Shown here piece by piece: positions 51,927 to 64,000 of a stretch of 64,000 nucleotides of DNA. A model generated the notes under the pieces. That model was given only the letters and a program-made list of their open reading frames with translations. It did no database searches and was not told the DNA's origin. Each line of letters opens with the position of its first letter. Position 1 is the stretch's first letter. Location: contig RSEE01000001.1 in the NCBI GenBank assembly GCA_003971905.1, forward strand, positions 1,426,001 through 1,490,000, written 5' to 3'. The DNA comes from Moniliella sp. 'wahieum'. Taxonomy: Eukaryota. A program made the translations under genes and the position numbers.

Positions 51927-52319
51927 CGGGCGGGGGGGGGCGGTGGCTCGACGGACGACGAAGAGCGGCGGGGGGGCCGAAGAAGAAGGCTGGCGGCGGA
52001 GGATTTCTGGCTTACGTCCGCAGGGTGGTCATGTGACCGGGGTGTGGTGAGGTAAGCGGGGGTGAAACGTTCAGGATCCCGTGGCTGCGCATGGCTGGTG
52101 TGCTGCCGTGACGCGGCCTAAGCCCAGCCGCCTCGCGTCGGCCAGCACGCAGCACAGGCCGCGGCCGCTGACCTAAGCACACCCGCAGCGGCAGTCCCCC
52201 GCCCGCTCCCACGCGCTAGGGTTGCCCTGGCCTTCCGCCTTTCACCAGCAAGCGCCCTTTGCTCGCCGCCTGCCCGCCCGCCCCGTTCCCCGCCGCCCAC
52301 CACCCCGCACGCCTCCGCC

Positions 52320-53517
52320 ATGGCCGACGCTGCTCCCATCGACCCCATCATCCCGACGACCTCGAAAGCGTCAGCGAGAGCGGCACCGAAAGCCTCACCT
52401 GGATCGGCTGGTTCTGCTCCCTCCCCGGCCACGAGTACTTTGCCGAGGTCAGCGAAGACTTTATCGAGGATGACTTCAACCTCACGGGCCTCAATGCCCT
52501 CGTGCCCTTCTACCGCGAAGCGCTCGAAATGATCCTCGACGTAGAGCCGCGTATGTATGCGTTCCGTGTGGTGCCACACCCAGCCCCCCGCTCACACAAC
52601 CTCCTCCCCCCCCCCAGTTGAAGAGGACTCCCCCAAAATCCCCGACGTGTCCATCGTCGAGAGCAGCGCCGAGTTACTCTATGGTCTCATCCACCAGCGG
52701 TACATCCTCACCGCCAAGGGAATGCAGCAAATGGTACGTGTTTCCGTGCCCTTGGCATCGACGGGCCCTCCCACTAACACTTCAACGCGCCACGCTTTTC
52801 TTCCTTTTCTTCCTAGGTCGACATGTACGGGTTGGGGCATTTTGGTTACTGTCCCAGAGTATACTGCCACTCCCACCCTGTCCTGCCCTGCGGCCGTTCC
52901 GACCTGCCGGGGCTGGATACCGTCAAACTCTTCTGCCCCAACTGCATGGATTGCTACGCCCCACCTTCTTCGCGGTTCCACAGCGTGGACGGTACGTGAC
53001 GTGTTTCCTCCTCCTTGATACCGCTGTTGCTACCTGCTCTGTCATTGCTGCTGTGCTCAGGCGCTTTCTTTGGCATTACTTTCCCACACCTCGTTCTCCA
53101 AAGCTGTCGGGATCTGGCGCCTGCCCCATCGCGTCGTCGCGACTGCTGACCCTGCTCCAAGACGGAGCAGGGTCGGACCTGGATGTGGCATCGGACGATG
53201 AGGACAACGGCGCATCCCAGGAAGCATCCACGCTTCCTCGCTCTCAATTGGGGCAGGAGCCTCCGCGACCAATGGTGTATTCACCGGATCTACGGCTTCC
53301 GCGTTTCGGAACTGGCCAAGTCTGGCCCGAGGATGCAATGGCTCCGTTCTCGTCCCGCTCCTATGCCGAGCTCATTGGTCGTGCACCCCAGCCACAAACT
53401 AACAGGGAAGATGAGAAGGAGCAGGCGGTAGAGCCCATGTCAACCACTCCAAGCTTAGCGGGCGACGCGGCAGAGCGGAGGACAGACCATATGTCCATCT
53501 CGGAGGGAGGGGTCTAA
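52320..53517 (+). CDS. CKB1: Casein kinase II regulatory (beta) subunit
   Basis: [47 protein letters not shown], zinc ribbon [23 protein letters not shown] and RIYGFRV. Three GT-AG introns near 52551, 52734 and 52992. Confidence 0.95.
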
Positions 53518-54168
53518 ATTCTGCCACCCCTATAGCCCCCAGTGATTGGCGTCGGGACCTATGCAGTGGGCCGGGACACTGCGGAGCTGTCCACGCCGGG
53601 GTAGGTGCTCATGACATCCTCTCCCCCCCCTGTCCTTTCTCAGATCACATCTGCTGCTGCTACCCCGTTACCCTGTGGCACTTTCGTGTCGTAATAAAAG
53701 TCGGTGGCCGTACCCCATCTCTACAGGCTCTTTGTTGATGTCCCTCCCTCTCCTATCCTATGCTTCTTGGCCACTTGTCGTGATGCATGGACATTCCATT
53801 TTTGAGTACCAACACATGCAGGTACTCGTATTCTCCCTTGGTCCCTTTTAACCCCAGTTTCTATCCCACTCTGGCCCTGCCCCGGCTGCCTGTCCTGCCC
53901 TGTCTGTCCTGTCCTTTTTGGGCTTGCGCGCCCCGCGCCGCGTTATGAATGGCAACCTAGGGGAGAAATCCGGTACCGACAACGATGACTATATCAGGTC
54001 AAAAGCACTGGACAGGATATTCGATAAGGACTGGCAAGGCGTATCATCCTTTCTCCAGAATGACCTGACCAGGTTCTCGGGGACTTGCTGAGCGGAACAT
54101 GGTGAGGTCCACACGTATACGCGTCAAGCAAGGGTAACAGCCAAAAAACAGTAGCGAAGAACCGTAGA

Positions 54169-55769
54169 TTACGCGTCGGCCCCCGACACAGGCGCAGGAG
54201 TAGAATGGTCGTTGGTGGCGTGGGGTGTCCTCGGCGGACTTTTGGTTCTTGGGAGCATGGGCCGACTTGTCCTTGGCATCTTTGTCCGGTGTCGAGCCTT
54301 GCGGACGCGCCTTGCGTCCATTGCCTGGCCCATGGCCGAGGTGCGGAAGACGTACCCGCGTGTCTTTTCAATCACGTCGTTTGTAAATGGCCTGCGGCGG
54401 CTGGTTCATGTACACCATCCGTTCCTTCAGGTCAATCTTAGCGTCCACGTTGGACTCGCGGATCAGGTTGACCACCCACTTCTCCCCCTCCTCAGGGGAC
54501 AGGTTGAGGCGCTTAGACAGGTCGGTAATGTCCACACGGTGGTGAATGCCGCAGTAGAGTTCTGAGATGAGCCAACGGGCCGACTCGAGGAACTGTTCCT
54601 TGTGCTCCGCAAGGAAAAAGTCATTGTCCACCACCAACTCGGCCTTGGTCAGCTCGCCTGGGCACCTCAAAGTCAATTCGTCAAAGAGCACAAGGATGAA
54701 CTTGAGCACCGGGTCTGCCGGGCCGACCGCACGGGCGCTCTCCCCAGGCGCCAAGGGCAGGCTCCTCCAGCTCCTCCTCACGCCGGTCTTGTTCGGCCTG
54801 GAGGACCTTGACCAACTCCCGCATCGCATTTTGCGAGTAAAGCTTGGTCACGCCGCACGGTCGCGCCGGCTGCGGCCGAACCAGCCTGGAGCACATGGTA
54901 CGCGCGCGTCGTACGGCGGGTCAAGACCAGGGCCACAACCAAGTACCGCAACAACCACGGCGCCGACGTTTGCACAGCACTCAGGTACGCCGGGGAAAAA
55001 AAGTGCTCGACAGCAGCTCCCGGCCTTGCGGGTGGTTAAAGTATACAAACAACGACCAATGCAAGAGCCAAACCCGTTTCTTGAGCAGTTGCTCGTTCAC
55101 CCCTTGCCCCGAGCTCAAGCTGTCCGCCAAGGGGGAGACGTCGGTCGAGTCGCCACTTACCGTCGCCCCGGCCCCAGCCCCACTTTCAACCTGGTCCCGC
55201 AGCAGCTTGAGCTCGGTCAGGGCGTCGTCCCAGTTCCCAAGAGCGTGTCCGCGGCCAACTTGCCCCAGTAGGTCGACAGGGTCAAGGCAGGGTCGGTGTA
55301 GAGAAGACGCGGAAGTGGTAGAGGTAGCTCGAGCCGCAGCGTAGTTGCCCGAGCTGAACTGGAAAAAGCCGTAGCGGTAAAGAGCATTAATATTGTCAAG
55401 CGAGAGACCGTGCTGCTGCTCGAGAACCCTGAGGTTGCGCTGCTTGTCGTTGGTGAGGTTGCTGAGCACAGTAGGATCCTCAATCACCTTGATGGCGGGG
55501 CCGACGGCAGCGTCGAGCTCCTTCTCTTTCGCCGCCACGGCCTCCTCGGACTTGGCGGCAGCAGCGGGCAGGGCCTGGCCAGGGTACGCAGCCTGGAACA
55601 GCTCGTTGGCAAACTGGGCCATGTCCGTGTCGCGGGCCAGCTCGTACTGGGCCTTGGCCAGATCGGCTTCGTTGAAGAGGTCGGTGCTGCCGAGGAATTG
55701 GAGCATGGGGATGGCCAGGTGGCGATCCACATGCTGCAGGAACTTGCCGGTCAGGTCGTACTCGGCCAT
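54169..55769 (-). CDS. INT6: Translation initiation factor eIF3 subunit E (Int6)
   Basis: MAEYDLTGKFLQHVDRHL, WGKLAADTL, RVWLLHWSLFVYFNHP, QTSAPWLLRYL, NDFFL, FLESARWLISE and EKWVVNLIRESNVDAKID (PCI domain). Confidence 0.95.
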
Positions 55770-56462
55770 GCTGGGCAGGGAGGCAGCAAAAGCGACGCGG
55801 GAGGGGCAAAGAGGTGGTTGGTCGAGCGTCGTAGCCGGGCGACGGCCAGCCCATGCGGGAGGCGGGCGGCGGAAAAAGGCGAAAAGCGAAGAAATTGCGC
55901 AGGCACCGCGCCACTCTCGCCTGCGGCCTCTGTTTCCATCGGGCCAAACCCTAACGCGCAGCGGCAGCAGCCGCACGCAGCACCACGCAGCACCACGCCA
56001 GCCACCGCGGCCCAGCCGCAGGGCACCGCACCAGCCCAGCAGCCGCCCGCCTTTCCTCGCCTCGTCTCGCTGCTCTACGCTAAAGGGTGGGCGACTGACT
56101 GCACCGCTATGTCGTCCACAACAGGCGCTCGAACCATGGAGTGTGTATTTCTGGCGCGATAGGGTATGGGAAGGGGGAGCTTAAACAGAAAAAACGAGGC
56201 TGCACGCACGCACACACACACCACCACCATATCATCATCGCTCTCCTCTCCGACAGCGAGTGTGCATACGCGCCCAAAAAACGTCTGTGGGGAGATGTGT
56301 CTCCCCCTCGAGTCAACATCGTAACAGGTAACGGCGGGGCGCCCAGGGCCCCCACTCGCTGGAGGTGAGGAACACCCATAGGAGTCATAGCGTCGTCAAT
56401 ACAGGATCGACCATATATCCAAGGTAGCCCTACACCTTTGGGTGACTAGCTTCTCGCCACCC

Positions 56463-57501
56463 TCAATGAAAAGAACATGCGAGGTTGCTAATACGCGGCG
56501 GCACCATTCCCCACAACCGGAGGGGGAGCGTACGGTTGCTGTGCATAGGAGAACTCTCCCTGCGCGTTGACGGGAGCGCACCATTGTACTGTGCCTCCAC
56601 ATTGTCCCCGACGTCGTGTCGGATCCAAGCGTCTGGCGGCGCGGACCCTTTCTCATAGTCCACATAGCCGTCGCCTTCCACGTTGAGATGTAACGGTGGC
56701 GTGCATCCCAAAAGTCGGCAACGTGGCTGAAGAAGTAGACAAACAGGATAAAGGCCACGGTAAATTCGCACCCGGCCGCAGCATTGACGTAGGAGCTGCA
56801 ATTGGCGTGCTTGGTGGAGAATCGATCGCCATCGCAATGCTCATACACACACCGAACGCAATTGCGACCGCAATGGCAACCACTAGGATGGAGACCTTGA
56901 CAGAGGCGATGATGAAAAGGGTTTTGAACACCTTCTTGCTTGTGCCCTGGTGCGATGCCGCCAGCGAGTAATCTCACAGCACTGGAAAAACACGCCGAGG
57001 AGATGCCGACGATGAAGACGACGGTGCAACTCCAATCTGGGTAGGTGGACCAAAATGTCGGCCAATTCGTGTCAGTAATTGCAAACGAAACTGGGCGGCA
57101 AAGGAAATGGGAAAACGTACGAGTGGTTGAATGATGGAAAGCATCATAAATGGAGAGGAAAATCAAGCCAAAGCACCCGAGCCAGGTGAACAAAACGCAT
57201 GCCCAGTCGTAATAGGTGGAGATAATGCGGACGGATCCGGGAATACGACGGCGGTGACGCAAATAACGCTCGACGAGAATGGTGATCATGTACATGCCGG
57301 CGGTGGAGATTGAGAGACCTTCAAATGTAGCATGGTTTGCCGCCCCCATATCACTGAGGAAGGGGGGCATAGGTTCCTTGGGCTTGTAGCGGGGATGGCC
57401 GCATGGGCCCACAAACCTAGCATAGCGACCAGGTCGGCGAACCAAAGAAGAGCAGTAATTACTGGGAGGACCCAGTAATCCGTGTAGAGGGCGTACTTCA
57501 T
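56463..57501 (-). CDS. Frag1/DRAM/Sfk1 family membrane protein
   Basis: YWVLPVITALLW..GHPRY..PFLSDMGA, ERYLRH..R, GLIFLSIYDAFHH and six hydrophobic segments ending AAAGCEFTVAF. Confidence 0.82.
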
Positions 57502-59816
57502 GGCTGGGAGTCTAGTGATGGTTAGACAGGAAGAGGGGTTGAACGTTGATGGAGGTAGTCCGTTCAGCGTCGAATGGATTGCAAAGCTGAGTTGTGCTGA
57601 GTCCAGGCTGAGCGCTGAGTCGGGTCAAGCAGGGTGCATGCTCAGGCTGAGCGCAAGGTTCTTCTCGTCGTTGCCGTGAGGGAGATTTTTATACGGTGAC
57701 GAACGGCAGATCGCCTAGGATGTCTGCCTTACAAGAGTTGGGGTGGGGTGGCCTTGATGAGGAAGGAGGGGGGATAGGAAGGAACTGGGGAGGGAGGGGT
57801 AGGCAATATAAAAGCAAATGGCTACTCCATGTTCACCGAATCTGACTGAAATGTGTGAGACAAGCCAGAGACAGGTGCCGTCGACGTCACGCGAGTAATG
57901 GATGCACGGGGTCACTGTCCTGGCAACAAGGCGTCGTAATGCTGTGTTTTTTTCTGTCGCAAATGTGGGCTGCAGAAATCGTTGACATCATCGACTTGCT
58001 GATGCTCATTCGAATCTCTTCAAGCTTCAAGCTTCAGGCGCTGGAGAGGGCCTCAGGGGCCTCGGGCCTAAGGGCCCGAGGCCCAGGGCGCGCTCAGGCG
58101 CGCAGGCCTCGCGCCTGTGCCGCCTCCGGCGCGGAGGCTGTATCGATCATCAGGTGCATCAGGCCTCAGGTGCATGATCGAGGGTCCATGACACGAATGA
58201 TACTCGCTCGACCTGTTCGTTACGCGCGTTAACCATGTCACGCACCAACGTTCAACGTTCGAAGTGCAACGTTGACATGTTGACGTGTTGACCAACGAAT
58301 GACGTGTGGCAACCGGCAAACATTGACCCCGGTGACCTCACCTTTTTTATTCACCGACGACGTTCACATGCATGCGTTCGCCGCGCAGTCGGTCAGATTC
58401 GGAGCGTGTGTGCATGTGAGCGCATGTGAGCCACGGGAGCTGCCAGGTTTTACAGTGCCCTGAGGCCGCCAGAGGAAAGGGTTGCTGCTTGCGGCAGTAC
58501 TGTGCTCTCTCCCCGTAATGCAGGACTCCACCTCTCACCTCGATCTCACATCTCGTCCCCTCAAGCGGGGGGGTGCTGCGACACGCCTTCGATGAGCCTG
58601 CTCTCTGAGATCAGACTCCACTCCTCCACCATATCCCGCGACCAGGACATCTTTGGGGAGCTAGACTAAACGTTAGGCTCGTTAAGCACCACCAGGCTCC
58701 AAGGGCCAATGGCCCACATCGTCATCAGTCATCGGCATCGCCGATCCCGTCGACCTCAAAACCTCACAGGCCCTTATCGACCTCATCGATTCAATCGGCC
58801 TCATTAGGCATTGCCTCCAAGGTGCAACACGGTCGTCGGTTTGGTATGATGCATGATGCATGATGTCAGATGTGGGATACGAATGTGATTGGGCAACTAG
58901 ACAAGCCACTCGTACTCGCGCGCGGACTCTGGCAGTACTCCCGGCGCTTTCTGTGTTTTCCCTTCATCTCCATCCCGGCCACCACCTCTTCCTCTCTTGG
59001 CTCTCTTCTTGGACTTGATGCGTATACGCGCGAAGCAGACTGTCTCGCGGAGACTAGTCGACTAAGTGTCTCGACAGTCGTTTCCCATAAATCGCTCCCC
59101 TCCCAGATCCCATTATTCATTGAACACATTCGTCCCACTCGTTCATGATCCTGTGCTCAAGTTTCAAGCGCGCCGTCCCCTGAGACTGAGGATGTGATGC
59201 ATGATGCTCGACACGTGATGCATGGTCATGTAGACCATTATGCATTTGCGTTGCTACCCAGTACCCATCGATCGTCATCGCGCGCGCGCGTCATCGAAAG
59301 AAAACCCCTAGGGCCTAGCTAGCTGTCTCGTCTCGGGATAAACGAGCGGAACCAGCAAAGCGAGTTTCCTCATCCACCCTGGAACGCGCTGGCCAGGCAG
59401 GCTGATGGCCGACCGTGGCGACAATGCTGGCGGTCCGGGGCGCCGCCGGAGCCGGCGGTCGAGACTTTTTTTGCTTATGTTGGGCTCCCAGCGAGCGCGT
59501 CCCCAGCCTTCCCCAGCATCGAGCAAGTCGGAGCGCGGTCCCGCCGGGAGGAGAGACAGAGCGACCTGGGCACACTGGCGCCGTGCATGTGCCCGAATGC
59601 GGCTTTACCGGAGCTGGGCTTGCTGCTCTCTCCGGGCAAATCCGCTGGGGCGTGCGTGGGAGCGGCAGGTATATAGGTGCGCCACTGGGCACTTTAGGCT
59701 ACCCGCTACGCCGCCAAGGTGGTACGTGCGCGTGTGAGATGACAGTAGTTTAAGTTGGCCGCCTTCCCTTTTAGAACCGCTCTTCTCAGACTCATCTTCA
59801 TTCCCCCGTCTCTACC

Positions 59817-61669
59817 ATGGTCACTAACGCCGATATGTTCCACCGTGCCCCGGGGGTCTCTCTGCCCCCTGGTCCGCTCTTCGAGCGCAATCCACTCTGC
59901 CCCACTGCCCGTTCCGCCGCTTGCTCAGACGCTGGAGCGCTACCTCGAAAGCACCACCCCCTTCACCACCACTCCTGAGCAGCGTGCCTTGACAGCCGAA
60001 GCGATCGAGAGTGCCAAGACGGGCAAGGACAGTGCCCTGTTCAACAAGCTTCAAGAGCGGCTCGAGGCACGTGGCGGCCAGCTTGGATAGTTGGTTGTCC
60101 GACTGGTGGAACGAAGATGCTACTTTGGCTACCGCGACTCGCTCGTGCCCAACGTCAACTACTTTTACCACCACCAAAACGATCGCACGCGCACAACCAA
60201 TGTTTCGCGTGCTGCATCGCTTCTCAAGGGTTCCTCGCCTTCCGCCGCCTGGTAGAGGCCGGCACGCTTCACCCAGAAAAGACAAAGACTGGCGCTCTCT
60301 GTTCGGCATCGTACGAGTGGCTGTTCAACACGAGCCGCCTGCCTCACAAGCCCGTCGACTATGCGGAGAAGTACGACCCCAAGACGAACAACCACGTTGT
60401 TGTTGTTCGCAATGGAAAGTTCTTCACTTTCGACCTGGTTGATGCCTCTGGGGCCGAACTGAGCGATAAGGAGCTGCAAACCCAGCTCCAGCGCGTTTTG
60501 ACTCACCCGGATGCTCAAATCGAGGAGAAGTACCCCATTGGTGCGTTGACGGGGGAGAATCGGGACAAGTGGGCAGATGCCCGGGAGGCCATCCTTGTCG
60601 CCTCGCCGCAGAATGCCAAGTCCTTCGAGACCATCCATCGGCAGTGATTGTTGTGTGCCTCGATTCGCTTGCCCCGATTCTGACCAACGAGGTGGCATGG
60701 GAATTGTACTTTGGTCAGGGTGCCCGGAACCGTTTCTTCGACAAGCAGCAACTCGTCTTTGAGAATGGTGTGTCGGGGTACAATGGCGAACACTCGACCA
60801 TGGACGGCACACCCACACTGCGGATGAACGACTTTGTCCTGGCTGCATTGGCAAATGGTAAAGTCGACCTGGGCAAGTCGAACCGTCCGGCGAGTGAGCT
60901 GCCGGCGCCCCAAGCAGTTCCATTCGAGGTCAACGCAGCGGCGCAAGAGGCGATTCGTGGGGCATTGGGTGACTTTGATGATGTGATGCGCCATCACAGC
61001 TTGGAGGTAGTGCAGTTCCATGCATATGGCAAGGGCTTGATCAAAGCGTGCCGGACCTCCCCTGACGCTTGGGTCCAAATGGTGATCCAGCTGGCTACTA
61101 CAAACTGGCGGGCCGGCCATGCGGGACGTACGAATCGTGCCAGACACGCAAGTTTCTTCTTGGGCGCACCGAGGTCATCCGACTGCCTCGGCAGAGAGCA
61201 AGGCGTTCTGCGAAGCGATGGAGGACGCGTCCGTACCGGACGAGGTGACGGTGGCCAAGTTCCAAGAGGCGACCAAACGGCATTTGAAGTACGCCAGCTG
61301 GGCCTCCAATGCCCAAGGGTGGACCGCCACTTGTACGGCTTAAGAAACTGCTTGCCCCGGGGGAAGAACTTCCGGCGCTCTACAAGGACCCTACCTTTGC
61401 CACCTCCACCACGTGGACCATGGAAACTGTCCACCTCTCAGATCTCCTCCCCCCACCTGCCTGTTGGGGATTTGGCGAGGTGACGCCCAGCAGGCTTTGG
61501 AGTGGCATACGCCATCAAGGAGGGCTCTTTGACTTTTACTGTGATGAGCCGGGGCCCGCAAACCCAGCTCTTGGCGCACTACATCCAGGAGGCTGCATTG
61601 GACGTGCGTGACCTCCACGCTCGGGTGGCTGCCAAGGCAGCCAAGGCAGCCCAGAAGGCCAAGGCGTAA
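59817..61669 (+). CDS. CAT2: Carnitine O-acetyltransferase
   Basis: LPVPPLAQTLERYLES, WLSDWW, YEWLFNTSRLP, NRFFDK, catalytic GEHSTMDGTP, SPDAWVQMVIQLA, LSTSQ and WGFGEV. Confidence 0.93.
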
Positions 61670-62027
61670 ATGGATTTGTGGAATGATTTGACCCCATCTG
61701 TTAGCCAGACCCCTATTATATCTCCTTCGCTATACCCTGAAATCCTTGAACGCCTGCCTTGACTGTGGCGACTGATTAATGTTTGGCGGGGTCAGCTTGA
61801 CGCGACATGAACACGCGCAAGAACAAGGACAGTGAATGAGTGGGTTGGGACAGAGGATGGGTGAATGCAGCCAATGAAACGACAATGAATACAGACAGCA
61901 GTACGCAGCCGAGTAGTGAGAACGGCAACTAGAGGAGTACCGACAAATAATGTAGAGAGCAAGATGAGCCTCGAGAAGGAGACTGGAGGCGACCAGCCTC
62001 CTGAAAAGGCCCATACTCACAGGAAAC

Positions 62028-63552
62028 TCAAAGCGTACCATACGTGGTACCCTCATCTTCCTCATCGTCATCCCCATCCAAGGCTTGGAGCCGGCGGTCA
62101 CCCTCGCGCTTAGTGAACCACAGCAGGCAGAGAGCCACTCCCGCTGTGACGGTAGTCATGAGAACATTGATGGGGGTCGGGTTTCCGCCCAGGGAACTGT
62201 GCATGAACCGATCCAGCACGGCCTGGAGCATGTTAAACACCCCGCCAGAGTCATGATCAAACCATACAGTCGGCCAAAGGTAACCGGGCCAAACACCTTG
62301 GCCGCCAATTCGGTGGTGACAGAATAGTAAAAGGGGCGGTACATGACCAGCACCACACCCAACAGGTTCAACCAGAATGAGTGGAACCAGCCCAGAACGC
62401 CGGTCAGAACGCTGGCAGAGCAAAGTACTTCCAAGACTTGGAACGTGGTAAGACCATCGAGCAGCATACCAATGAAGGGGATTGCCACCACCCCTCCCGC
62501 TGGAAGAGCTACATCGAACACATTGCCAATGGTCGCTGCGCCCACCGGGCCGATCAAGTAAAGTTCCTGAGCTCCAACCGTGGAGATGAAAAAGTTGATG
62601 CGCACATGCAAATGCAAGTCATGATGAGAATGAGGGCAAACCAGAGGGTGCCAATTTGCTGCTGGCCGACAAGCCATCCAAGACACCGAAAATCCCGCCC
62701 GTCTTGCGGATCAAGCGCTCCGTTACGTCCTGGTGGGCTTGGCCATCCATGATCCTGCCGCCCTCGGGCACGCTGCTGACGATGCTGAATGCACTCGTGC
62801 CAGCCGCCACGCCTCCTTGGTTGCCCCCAATCCGACCAAAGGAGGACAAGTTTTCCTGGTGCTGGTCGAGAAGATGCTCGTGCTCAGTAGCCTCGGTCGC
62901 TGCATCCGCAATCTCGGACGTGGGCTTGACTCCACCAGCCGTGTAGCTCTCGTGGGGCATAATAAAGAGCTGGCAGAGCAAGATGAAGCAGGGGACGATC
63001 AAGTAGCAACGGAAAAAGGTGGCGATGGAGATTCCATGGGATGCATGCTGGTAGGCCAAACGGTAAAAGAGGAAGAGGGCAGAGGAGGTGTCAAACGCGC
63101 CCGTGATAGCCGCCAAACCTACCCGAATGGTCGGGCACAGCATTGGCCAGCTGGAAGGTGGAGATGAAACGAAAGGCCCGCCGAGCGCCAGCACAGAGTA
63201 GCCGACCAAAAAGGGATCAAACCAACTGGCGGAAGGATGCTCGCTTAGCAGCAACGCGCCCAGGGTAAGAAAGAAGAAGACGCCCACGAAGCCACAGGCG
63301 CGGGGCCCTTGTGGTCGAGGATGGCTCCGACAAGCAGCGATACGGCGTTGGTTGAACCAGCAGCGACGGTCCACATAAAGTTGAGCTTGAGGTCCTGCTC
63401 GAGGCAGGGGGCCTGGCCAGGCAGACACAGATCAGCATACACGCCCTCGGCGACAAAGACGGGCTTGATGGCGGCAAAGCCAAAGCAGATGCCTGCGGAG
63501 AGGAGGAGACACCATGTGATGGCACACGAGATCTGAACCCAGGGACGGCCAT
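62028..63552 (-). CDS. FMP42: MFS transporter, Fmp42/SLC43-like
   Basis: AGICFGFAAIKPVFVAEGVY..C..QDLKLN, LVGAILD..GPR, ITGAFDTSS, RINFFISTV, FDVALPAGG..IPFIG and KVFGPVTFGRLYG. Confidence 0.85.
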
Positions 63553-64000
63553 GATGGGCGACACACGGGGGGGCGGTGCTGGCAGAGAAGGTGGACCCGG
63601 GAGAGGGAGACAAGAGCACCAGATCAACCAATCCATAAGCACATTTGAGAATTTCTCGGCTGCTGCGTTCGACATGTGTTCAAGCAGCAGGCGGCAGTGT
63701 GGGCAGTACACAGTAGCGTGGATCATCGATCGGCAGGCACGGCACGGCGGGAGTCGGTGGGATTGTACATCACGCGTGGCACGTGATGTGTGTGATGCAC
63801 GGTCCCCTTTTATTCATTTTAGCCAAACTCTGGACAGAACAGCGCCCCCAACAGCGCTCTCCTCTCCAGGAAAAGCCGCTGGTTGAGCTCAGCTCAGCCG
63901 CCAGCTGAGCCGCTCCGTAACTCAGCGCGCTCAGTGCGTACTCACGACCTCCGTACTCCCCGTTTACCATTTCCTCAGTACACAGTCTCCGTATCTGTCG

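Noticed and set aside
61916..62113. MSLEKET..THRKLK ORF resembling an amino-acid permease N-terminus
   Set aside because: It is short, has no transmembrane continuation, and runs antisense into the FMP42-like 3' end.
1..64000. CRISPR arrays, transposons, LTRs, telomeric repeats, rRNA, snRNA or prokaryotic defence systems
   Set aside because: No spaced direct-repeat arrays, transposase or reverse-transcriptase motifs, TTAGGG tracts or conserved rRNA/snRNA signatures were seen by eye.

Overview
GC-rich, intron-poor, gene-dense fungal chromosome segment, most likely a basidiomycete of the Ustilaginomycotina type (inferred from gene content, short GT-AG introns with CTAAC branch sites, and intron-containing tRNAs). 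It holds about 17 recognisable housekeeping genes: Grx3/4, MTHFR, XPB/Ssl2, Spc2, an S9 acylpeptide hydrolase, Psd2, an ELYS-domain protein, an arrestin-fold PY-motif adaptor, heme oxygenase, a PTH2-family hydrolase, Pam17, Cks1, Ulp2, mitochondrial L3, CK2 beta, eIF3e, an Sfk1-like protein, carnitine acetyltransferase and an Fmp42-like MFS transporter. It also has two tRNAs and several orphan ORFs. Almost every gene is broken by single-base indels, which is best explained as an unpolished long-read assembly, so CDS boundaries are approximate. I found no mobile element, CRISPR array or biosynthetic cluster, and no new multi-gene system. The most unusual signal is in the non-coding DNA: about 30 copies of a 7-bp-period pattern, TGA-[4-bp palindrome]-TGA, with eight different palindromic spacers, set among many short inverted repeats centred on TGA/TCA.
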